Shown here in pieces: positions 17,451 to 24,000 of a stretch of 24,000 bases of DNA. The translations under genes were made by a program, and so were the position numbers. The stretch is taken from contig JAADCR010000070.1 of the NCBI GenBank assembly GCA_013154375.1, forward strand, positions 1 to 24,000, given 5' to 3'. The stretch comes from Aquificota bacterium. GTDB taxonomy: Bacteria > Aquificota > Aquificia > Aquificales > Aquificaceae. The notes beneath the pieces were generated by a model that saw only the letters and a program-made list of their open reading frames with translations, did no database searches and had not been told where the DNA came from. The first letter of the stretch is position 1, and every line of letters begins with the position of its first letter.

Positions 17451-18797
17451 TTACTTACCTATGCAGAAGGTGGAGAAAATCTTACCGAGCAGCTCTTCGG
17501 TGGTAATCTCACCCAGAATCTCACCTAAGTAGTCGGAGGCCTCGCGGACCTCGAGCATGGCTATCTCCGGGCTGGGCTCGCCCTCTTTATAAAGCTTCTC
17601 GAGCCGCTCCAGTGCGGCCTCCGCTTTTTTAAGAAGCTCTTCGTGCCTGAGGGAGACGTAAACGTTGACGCTGTCTTGCAACTGCACGCCGGCTTTACTC
17701 AAGATTCGTTCGGACAGTTCTTCTAAACCCTCTCCCGTAAGGGCACTTACTTTAATTATATTTTCCGTCGGGATTTTTTCAAGCTCGGCCCGCTGCGGCA
17801 GGTCCGCCTTGTTGGCCACCACGAGGTGCTCCTTCTCTTTTACCAGCTCGTATATCTTTAGGTCTTCTTCCGTTAGCGGGCTGCTCAGGTCTACCACGAA
17901 CAGCACGAGGTCCGCCTCCTCGAGCTTCTTTTTACTACGCTCTACGCCTATCCTCTCCACGGGGTCTTCCGTCTCGCGTATGCCCGCAGTGTCGACGAGC
18001 TTTACGGGCACGCCTTTTATCTGGAGCGTCTCTTCTATGTAGTCGCGCGTGGTGCCCGCAATCTCGGTAACTATGGCCCGCTCCTCTTTAAGCAAGGCGT
18101 TAAACAGGGAAGACTTCCCGACGTTGGGCCTTCCCACGATGGCGAGCTTTATCCCTTCCCTGAGCGCTTTACCGGTGCGGGCCGTTTTAAGGAGCTCCCT
18201 TACGCCCTTTAGAACCTCGCGGACCATCTTAAGCACTTCCTCGCGCGAGAGGGTGGGTAGGTCTTCCTCGGCAAACTCTATCTCGGCCTCGAGGTAAGCC
18301 GAGAGCGTTAAAAGCTTCTCGCGTAAAGGCTTTACGAGTTTGGACAGCTCCCCCTTTAGCTGCTTTAAGGCTACGCGTCTTGCAAGCTCCGTTTTGGCGG
18401 ATATGAGCTCGGCTACGGCCTCGGCCTGCGTGAGGTCTAACTTCCCGCTTAAAAAGGCGCGCTTTGTAAACTCGCCCGGCTCGGCCAGCCTAGCGCCGGC
18501 CTTTACGAAAAGCTCTACGGCCCTCTTGAGTATGGCCGGGTTGCCGTGGAGGTTAAGCTCTACCATGTCCTCGCCCGTGTAGGAGCGGGGGGCTTTGTAG
18601 TATATAAGCACGCCCTCGTCGAGCAGATTACCCTCTTCGTCGTAAAGCTCGCCGTAGTGCGCGTAGCGGGGCTTTATCTCGCCTTTGGTTTTAAAGAAGC
18701 GCTTAACTATGTCCAAAACGCCTCTGCCGCTTAGTCTTACTATCCCTATGGCTCCCTCTCCGTAAGGAGTGGCTACGGCTACGATGGGCTCGCGCAT
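17451..18797 (-). CDS. mnmE: tRNA modification GTPase MnmE (TrmE)
   Basis: 448 aa; [85 protein letters not shown] and C-terminal FCIGK. Confidence 0.98.
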   Translation of the reverse strand: MREPIVAVATPYGEGAIGIVRLSGRGVLDIVKRFFKTKGEIKPRYAHYGELYDEEGNLLDEGVLIYYKAPRSYTGEDMVELNLHGNPAILKRAVELFVKAGARLAEPGEFTKRAFLSGKLDLTQAEAVAELISAKTELARRVALKQLKGELSKLVKPLREKLLTLSAYLEAEIEFAEEDLPTLSREEVLKMVREVLKGVRELLKTARTGKALREGIKLAIVGRPNVGKSSLFNALLKEERAIVTEIAGTTRDYIEETLQIKGVPVKLVDTAGIRETEDPVERIGVERSKKKLEEADLVLFVVDLSSPLTEEDLKIYELVKEKEHLVVANKADLPQRAELEKIPTENIIKVSALTGEGLEELSERILSKAGVQLQDSVNVYVSLRHEELLKKAEAALERLEKLYKEGEPSPEIAMLEVREASDYLGEILGEITTEELLGKIFSTFCIGK

Positions 18798-18824
18798 AGA
18801 GTATTTAAATATAATATTGACGGA

Positions 18825-18830
18825 TATAAT
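18825..18830 (+). promoter_or_regulatory. Putative -10 element for the tRNA-Leu / nadC transcript
   Basis: A perfect TATAAT lies 13 nt upstream of the tRNA 5' end inside an AT-rich island (gtatttaaatataatattgacggatataattttatt). The -35 region is weak. Confidence 0.5.
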
Positions 18831-18843
18831 TTTATTTCTCGTC

Positions 18844-18929
18844 GGGGGTGTGGCGGAACTGGCAGACGCGGGGGGCTTAAAACCCCCTGCCCGTTCTCGG
18901 GCGTGCGGGTTCGACTCCCGCCACCCCCA
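18844..18929 (+). tRNA. tRNA-Leu (anticodon UAA)
   Basis: Acceptor GGGGGTG (18844-18850) pairs with CACCCCC (18922-18928), discriminator A at 18929. Anticodon loop CTTAAAA between GGGGG/CCCCC gives TAA. The long variable arm GCCCGTTCTCGGGC is class II, and the T-arm is GCGGG TTCGACT CCCGC. CCA is not encoded. Confidence 0.96.
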
Positions 18930-18941
18930 CTTAAAGCCGCC

Positions 18942-19766
18942 ATGAACCCGCTACTTATAAGAAAGCAGCTCGAGGCCTTTCTTAACGAAGACCTCTGCTG
19001 GGGCGACCTTACCACGGACGCCCTTTTAAAAGACGAGACGGCCGAGGCCGTCATTCTGGCTAAAGAAGAGGGTCTTATGGCGGGCGGCCCCTTCGTAGCC
19101 GAGCTGTTTAACCTCTTAGGCCCCACCGAGGTTAAGCTTCTTAAAAAAGAAGGCGAGAGCTTTAAAAGCGGCGACGAGCTCGTCTACCTGAAAGGCTCCG
19201 CCGCGAACCTGCTTAAGACCGAGAGGACGGCGCTGAACCTGCTCCAGCGGCTCTGCGGCGTAGCTACGGCCGCGCGTAGGCTCGTTAAAGCGCTTGAAGG
19301 CACGGGCGTTAAGCTCCTCGACACGCGTAAAACCACGCCGGGCCTGAGGCTTTTCGAGAAGTACGCCGCCCGCGTAGGCGGGGCGTTGAACCACCGCTTC
19401 TGCCTCTCGGATGCGGTACTTATAAAAGACAACCACAAAAAGCTCGTAGGCGGGGTAAGGCAGGCCGTAAAGCTCGTACGCGAGCGCGTCTCACCCGTCT
19501 ACAAAGTCGAGGTGGAGGTAGAGAGCTTAGACGAGCTTGTCGAGGCGCTCGAGGCCGGAGCGGACGCGGTTATGCTGGACAACTTCAGCCCCGAAGAGGT
19601 TAAAGAGGCTTTAAAGCTCGTAAAGGGTAAAGTGTTGGTAGAGGTCTCGGGCTCCGTAACGCCCGAGAACGCGCGTCTTTACGCCCTTAAGGGCGTCGAC
19701 TTTATCTCCTCGGGCTACCCGACGCGCCGCGCTCAAGCACTCGACCTGTCTTTAGAAGTTCTTTAA
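18942..19766 (+). CDS. nadC: Nicotinate-nucleotide pyrophosphorylase (quinolinate phosphoribosyltransferase)
   Basis: Track ORF 18903..19766 begins inside the tRNA; the plausible start is the ATG at 18942 (MNPLLIRKQLEAFLNEDLCWGDLTTDAL). Motifs: LNLLQRLCGVATAARRLV, LDTRKTTPGLRLFEKYAARVGG, NHRFCLSDAVLIKDNH, EVEVESLDE, MLDNFSPE. Confidence 0.95.
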   Translation: MNPLLIRKQLEAFLNEDLCWGDLTTDALLKDETAEAVILAKEEGLMAGGPFVAELFNLLGPTEVKLLKKEGESFKSGDELVYLKGSAANLLKTERTALNLLQRLCGVATAARRLVKALEGTGVKLLDTRKTTPGLRLFEKYAARVGGALNHRFCLSDAVLIKDNHKKLVGGVRQAVKLVRERVSPVYKVEVEVESLDELVEALEAGADAVMLDNFSPEEVKEALKLVKGKVLVEVSGSVTPENARLYALKGVDFISSGYPTRRAQALDLSLEVL

Positions 19767-20001
19767 AGCGCTCCACGTCTTCGGGCGTGGCGTCCTTAAA
19801 GCCCTTACGGCGGGCGTAACGGAGCAGCTCTTCGTAACTTAAAGCCCTCTCAAGCTCTTTACTTAAGAGCATGTTCTCCTTTAGCAGCTTCCGGTACAGG
19901 ACGAACTTCTCGGTGTAGCCGCGCCACTCTTTAAGCGCGTACAGGGCGTAGCCGAGGTTAAGCGCTATAAGAAGAAGCGCGAGCGTAAAGTAACGGCCCA
20001 C
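19702..20001 (-). CDS. Small bitopic membrane protein, FtsL/FtsB (DivIC)-like in architecture
   Basis: 99 aa; MGRYFTLALLLIALNLGYALYALKEW (one TM), short coiled-coil YRKLLKENMLLSKELERALS, then YEELLRYARRKGFKDATPEDVERFKELL, reminiscent of the FtsL/DivIC C-terminal pattern. 65-nt 3' overlap with nadC. Confidence 0.55.
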   Translation of the reverse strand: MGRYFTLALLLIALNLGYALYALKEWRGYTEKFVLYRKLLKENMLLSKELERALSYEELLRYARRKGFKDATPEDVERFKELLKTGRVLERGASGSPRR

Positions 20002-20018
20002 GCCTATATTCTACTCAT

Positions 20019-21251
20019 ATGAGAGTAGCCTTCGCCACGCTCGGCTGCAGGATGAACCAGTTCGACACGGACCTAATAAGGAGCGAGTTCGTAAAGAGGG
20101 GTTACGAGCCGGTAGACTTTGAAGAAGAGGCCGACGTTTACGTCATAAACACCTGCGCCGTAACCGTAGGCGGAGAGCGCTCCTCCCGTCAGGCCGTATA
20201 TCAGGCCCGCCGCAGAAACCCTAACGCGGTCGTAGTGGCCACCGGCTGTTACGCCCAGATAAGCCCCGAGGCGCTCGCACGGCTTAAAGAGGTAGACCTC
20301 GTGGTGGGCAACACGCACAAGTCCGAGATAGTTAAGCTTGTAGAGGAGTTTCTCGAGCGGCGCGAAAAGAAGCTCGTCGTGGGTAACGTCTTTAAAGAGG
20401 GCGAGGTTAAACACTTCGGCACCGTCCTCTACTTCGAGGGTGTAAGACCTTTCTTAAAGGTCCAAGAGGGGTGTAACCGCTTCTGCAGCTTCTGCGTCAT
20501 ACCCTTTGCCCGCGGTAAGGTAAGGAGCGTCCCTAAAGAGCGCGTGGTTAAAGAGGCCCGCAGGCTCGCCGAGGCGGGCTTTAAAGAGCTCGTGCTCACG
20601 GGCACGCAGCTCTCCCAGTACGGCTGGGACCTCGGCTACACGCTCTACGAGCTTATTACGGAGCTCGTCAAGATAAAAGGGCTCGAGCTTATAAGGCTCT
20701 CGTCGCTCCACGTTAAGGAGCTGCCTAAGAAGCTCCTCGAGCTTGCGGTAAAAGAAGAGAAGATAGCGCCCCACTTCCACCTCTCGCTCCAGAGCGGCTC
20801 GGACCGCCTGCTTGAGCTTATGAAGCGCGGCTACGCGCTCGACGAGTTTAAAAGGGTAGTAGACTACCTCCTTACGCACCGCCCCCTTACGGCCGTAGGC
20901 ACCGACCTTATCGTGGGCTTTCCCACCGAGACGGACGAGGACTTTAGAAAGACTTACGAGTTTGTTAAAGAGACGCCCTTTGCCTACCTACACGTCTTCC
21001 CCTACTCCGACAGACCTTTAACTAAAGCCTCCGAGCTAAGGCCGAAAGTACCCGAGCGCGTAAAGAAAGAGCGCGTACGCCTGCTTAAAGAGCTCGACGA
21101 GCAGAAAAGAAAGGCGTTTTACGAGAGAAACAGAGGAAGAGAGCTCCGGGCGCTGGTGCTCTCGGAGGACGAGCTTCTTACGGAGAACTACTTAACGCTT
21201 AAGCGTAAAGCCGAGGCCCCGCCCGGCTCGCTCGTAAAGGTAAAATTGTAA
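20019..21251 (+). CDS. mtaB: tRNA (N6-threonylcarbamoyladenosine37-C2) methylthiotransferase MtaB (MiaB-like radical SAM)
   Basis: 410 aa; ATLGCRMNQFDTDLIRSEFVKRGY, VINTCAVTVGGERSSRQ, VVATGCYAQ, VQEGCNRFCSFCVIPFARGKVRSVP (CxxxCxxC), SSLHVKELP, HLSLQSGSDRLLELMKRGY. Confidence 0.94.
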   Translation: MRVAFATLGCRMNQFDTDLIRSEFVKRGYEPVDFEEEADVYVINTCAVTVGGERSSRQAVYQARRRNPNAVVVATGCYAQISPEALARLKEVDLVVGNTHKSEIVKLVEEFLERREKKLVVGNVFKEGEVKHFGTVLYFEGVRPFLKVQEGCNRFCSFCVIPFARGKVRSVPKERVVKEARRLAEAGFKELVLTGTQLSQYGWDLGYTLYELITELVKIKGLELIRLSSLHVKELPKKLLELAVKEEKIAPHFHLSLQSGSDRLLELMKRGYALDEFKRVVDYLLTHRPLTAVGTDLIVGFPTETDEDFRKTYEFVKETPFAYLHVFPYSDRPLTKASELRPKVPERVKKERVRLLKELDEQKRKAFYERNRGRELRALVLSEDELLTENYLTLKRKAEAPPGSLVKVKL

Positions 21252-21255
21252 AAGC

Positions 21256-22200
21256 ATGCGCGTACGCCTCATGGGCTCGGACCAGCGGGTGGTACGGGCC
21301 GCCCGCGTCTCGTTTGCCCGCGACGAGCTTACCGACCCCGAGCGCGACAAGCGTCTCATCCGCTACCTTTATACCCACCGGCACGCCTCCCCTTTCGAGC
21401 ACTGCGTAGTAGCCTACGAGGCACCCAAAGACGAGTGGCTCAGACTTCTGTCCGAGGTAGAGAGCCCCACCTTTCAGGCTTACTGGACCGACGGGTACCT
21501 GTTTCTAAACCTCCGTAACGCCCTAAACGCCCTAGAGAAGCTCCCGCCCGAGCTTGTAGAACAGCTCCGGAAGGCCTTTCCCACCGTCTTAGGCGTGGCG
21601 GAGGGAAGAAGCTCTGACGAAGAGCTCTCTTCTTTACCTTACAGCACCGACGAGCGGTTTTTCTTAAAGAAGATAGAGACCCCTTCGGGGTGGGTGGCTC
21701 TGGTGGACAAGCTCGAGCTCGGGACGCGGATGGACTACTACACCTTTATCGTCGAGTGCCCGCTCTTTGTAGCCCGTCAGTGGATGAGACACCGCTTCGG
21801 CTCGTTTAACGAGCTCTCGCGCAGGTACGTAGGCGACGAGCAGCTCTCGTTCTACCTCCCGCCTTACCTGCGCAAGCAGGCTAAGAAGAACAAGCAGGCC
21901 TCCGTGGAAGAGCCCGTAGAGCGGAGCGAGGAGCTGCTTAAGAAGGTCCATGCACACGCGGAAGAGAGTAAAAAGCTCTACCGGGAGCTTCTTAACGAGG
22001 GCGTGGCCCGCGAGCTGGCCCGCGGCGTGCTGCCGCTTCTTACCAACACGCGCTTTTACTGGACCGTCCCGCGCGTCTCGCTGGACAACTTTATAACCCT
22101 AAGGACGCACGAAGGGGCGCAGTGGGAGATAAGACTTCTGGCCGAAGCGGTCAAAAAGCTCGCGGGATACCGCGGGACCGACCGCGCTAACCGGCTCTAA
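21256..22200 (+). CDS. thyX: Flavin-dependent thymidylate synthase ThyX, with a large insertion
   Basis: 314 aa; HRHASPFEH, the ThyX signature [14 protein letters not shown], then [42 protein letters not shown]. Confidence 0.93.
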   Translation: MRVRLMGSDQRVVRAARVSFARDELTDPERDKRLIRYLYTHRHASPFEHCVVAYEAPKDEWLRLLSEVESPTFQAYWTDGYLFLNLRNALNALEKLPPELVEQLRKAFPTVLGVAEGRSSDEELSSLPYSTDERFFLKKIETPSGWVALVDKLELGTRMDYYTFIVECPLFVARQWMRHRFGSFNELSRRYVGDEQLSFYLPPYLRKQAKKNKQASVEEPVERSEELLKKVHAHAEESKKLYRELLNEGVARELARGVLPLLTNTRFYWTVPRVSLDNFITLRTHEGAQWEIRLLAEAVKKLAGYRGTDRANRL

Positions 22201-23251
22201 AGACGAGCCCGTCGCGCTTAAAGGTAGGGCCTAAAAACTGCTCGACGGTCCACGCGCAGGCCTCGAGGTGGCCCGTAAGCCGCGGCACGCGCATAACGCC
22301 CCCGGCAAGGCCCAGAAGAGGTATAAGGTGGTCCGCGAGGTGCTCGTCCACGGGCGCACCCGTCTTTAGGTCCTTTATAAGCTTCTCGGCCGCCTCCCTG
22401 CCCACCCGCTCGGAGGGCTTACCCTTTTTACCGAGCGCGTCGGCCCCGAGGAGGTTACCCGCCTCGTCTTCCGCCCACGCGGTGACGCTGCTGCCCAGCG
22501 AGCGGGCCTGAGCGTACTGACGGTACACCTCCGGCGCCGGCAGGCCCGCCTCCTTTAACGCCTCCGCGGCGCCGCTTGCCTGCCGCTCGGCCACTTTACG
22601 GCTCCTTAACTCCTCGTGTGCCACCGAGAAGACGTGAAGCCGCTTAAGCCCCTTACGCTCTAACTTCTCTATCCGGAGCTTCGCACGCGCGAAGCTCCTC
22701 ACCTCTTCCGCCGAAGGCACCTCGCCGAAAAAGCTCTTTACCTTAAGCTCCACCGTGCCCCCGCCCTCGGGATAAAACCCGCGCTTGACCACCGTAAGCG
22801 TAAGCTCCTCCGCACCCCTTCTGAGCTCGGGCAGAAAGACGAACCTAAACCAGTCTATAGTAGGGCTTTTGGGCACGTCGGTCCCGCCTATTACGCGCAG
22901 CGAGGTCTCCCCGGGCACGAACAGCAGCACGGGCAGCACGGCCTGAAGAAACAAGCTTATCGAGCCGGCCGTGTCGAAGTTTACCTCGTAACTCCCGGCC
23001 TTAAGCGTTCTGGGCTCGAAAAACAGCTCCGTCGAGCCGAGCTCGTCGCCCTTAACGCGGGCCTTTGTTAACCGCTTTAAAAACTTTACCACGTTAAGGT
23101 GCTGGGGCCTTAAGCCCGGGCTCTCGCGCTTTACGCGCACGTTGTAGAGGTGAACCGGCACGCGCAGTATAGAGCTGAGCATGAGCGCAACGCGCAGAAT
23201 CTGCCCTCCGCCTTCACCGTACGAGGCGTCTAAGGACAGATACTCCCCCAT
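22187..23251 (-). CDS. rtcA: RNA 3'-terminal phosphate cyclase
   Basis: 354 aa; [75 protein letters not shown] and [16 protein letters not shown] containing the adenylation His. Confidence 0.95.
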   Translation of the reverse strand: MGEYLSLDASYGEGGGQILRVALMLSSILRVPVHLYNVRVKRESPGLRPQHLNVVKFLKRLTKARVKGDELGSTELFFEPRTLKAGSYEVNFDTAGSISLFLQAVLPVLLFVPGETSLRVIGGTDVPKSPTIDWFRFVFLPELRRGAEELTLTVVKRGFYPEGGGTVELKVKSFFGEVPSAEEVRSFARAKLRIEKLERKGLKRLHVFSVAHEELRSRKVAERQASGAAEALKEAGLPAPEVYRQYAQARSLGSSVTAWAEDEAGNLLGADALGKKGKPSERVGREAAEKLIKDLKTGAPVDEHLADHLIPLLGLAGGVMRVPRLTGHLEACAWTVEQFLGPTFKRDGLVFRAG

Positions 23252-23322
23252 AGGATAAAAGTTTAAGGAGCTTGACCCCGCGCTAAGAACGGTTAAATTA
23301 GCTAAAAACTCCGGAGCGTCGA

Positions 23323-24000
23323 ATGAAGCAGGGGCCCCGTCCCTCGAGAAAAGACTTTTTTAACAAGTATGCGTTTAGACCTATAAAACTTAAAAACGCC
23401 TTAGGCGTTCTCGAGTTACTAAAAAACGCCTTCGAGCTTCTCTTCGAGTCGTCCGAGAGGCGTTTTCTCGAGCGCTTTAAAAACCTGCTAAAAAGGGTAA
23501 AAGGCGTAAAAGGCGTAAAGCTCGAGCGGGCACGCGCGCCGGCCGAGGAGCTCGTAAAACGCGGCCTGCTCGTAAAAAACGGCTCTGCTTCTCTGCTTCT
23601 GTTTAAAGAAGGAAAGCCCGCTTGGGTCTTCCGCGTTGAGTTCGAGGGCCGTCCCACCGCCGAGGCGGTTAAGCTGCTAAGACGCTTCCGGGAGCTGGCC
23701 CAGAAAGCCTTAGAGCGGATAGAGCGCGACCTTCTGTCGGCCCTGTGCTTTAAGACCTTCCGCTCGGGACGGCTGCCCATGGCCTTGCTCGACGGAAGCC
23801 TCAGACTCTTAAGGGTTAACGAGAGCTTTGCCCGGCTGCTCGGCGCCTCGCCCGAGGAGCTCGAGGGCAGGAGCTTAAACGAGCTTGCCGGAAAGAGCGT
23901 AGACGCCGAAGGGGGACGGCTCGAGCTCTCTTACGGTAAGAGAAAAGTGCTCCTCGAGGTGAGCCTGACGCCCATAACGCACGAGGGGAGCACCTACTAC
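23323..24000 (+). CDS. PAS-domain-containing signalling protein, N-terminal part (runs off the right edge)
   Basis: Open frame from the ATG at 23323 to the window end: [56 protein letters not shown]...[47 protein letters not shown]...[28 protein letters not shown], a PAS motif. Output domain not visible. Confidence 0.78.
   Translation, partial: MKQGPRPSRKDFFNKYAFRPIKLKNALGVLELLKNAFELLFESSERRFLERFKNLLKRVKGVKGVKLERARAPAEELVKRGLLVKNGSASLLLFKEGKPAWVFRVEFEGRPTAEAVKLLRRFRELAQKALERIERDLLSALCFKTFRSGRLPMALLDGSLRLLRVNESFARLLGASPEELEGRSLNELAGKSVDAEGGRLELSYGKRKVLLEVSLTPITHEGSTYY

Noticed and set aside
18903-18941. Upstream extension of the nadC ORF into tRNA-Leu (MRVRLPPPPLKAA)
   Set aside because: The first codons are the tRNA T-arm and acceptor sequence. 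The annotated start should be the ATG at 18942.
23298-23780. 160-aa minus-strand ORF near the right end
   Set aside because: Opposite the PAS-domain reading frame from 23323, which has recognisable PAS motifs. The antisense translation is Ser/Arg-rich and unstructured.
1-24000. CRISPR arrays, prophage, transposons, integrons, retrons, defence islands
   Set aside because: I saw no direct repeat-spacer patterns, terminal inverted repeats, transposase/integrase/RT motifs or nuclease-helicase cassettes. Almost all bases are housekeeping coding sequence.

Overview
This 24 kb window is a very compact, gene-dense chromosomal segment. It is probably from a thermophilic Aquificota-like bacterium; this is inferred from the HARP protein and the overall protein flavour and is not proven. 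I found no prophage, IS element, CRISPR array or clear defence island. About 27 protein genes and one tRNA are supported: purF (partial), ispH, a thioredoxin-fold protein, an MFS transporter, a GT39-like glycosyltransferase, a PepSY-like small protein, a PhoD-like phosphatase, a siroheme synthase N-terminal-type protein, an HDAC-family protein, a DUF2103-like protein, a 77-aa orphan, homoserine dehydrogenase, hpt, apgM, an RluB-type synthase, a membrane protein, HARP (RNA-free RNase P), minCDE, prfA-rpmE-rho-mnmE, tRNA-Leu(UAA), nadC, an FtsL-like small protein, mtaB, thyX, rtcA and a PAS-domain protein running off the end. The most notable observations are: (1) by eye, GATC does not occur anywhere in the 24 kb, where roughly 80-90 copies are expected; (2) a protein-only RNase P of the HARP/Aq_880 family with its catalytic aspartates in register; (3) all seven convergent gene pairs overlap at their 3' ends; (4) most divergent starts are separated by only about 9-46 bp; (5) nadC begins 12 nt after a tRNA with no evident Shine-Dalgarno sequence. 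I see no clear new multi-gene system. A few small uncharacterised proteins are worth follow-up.
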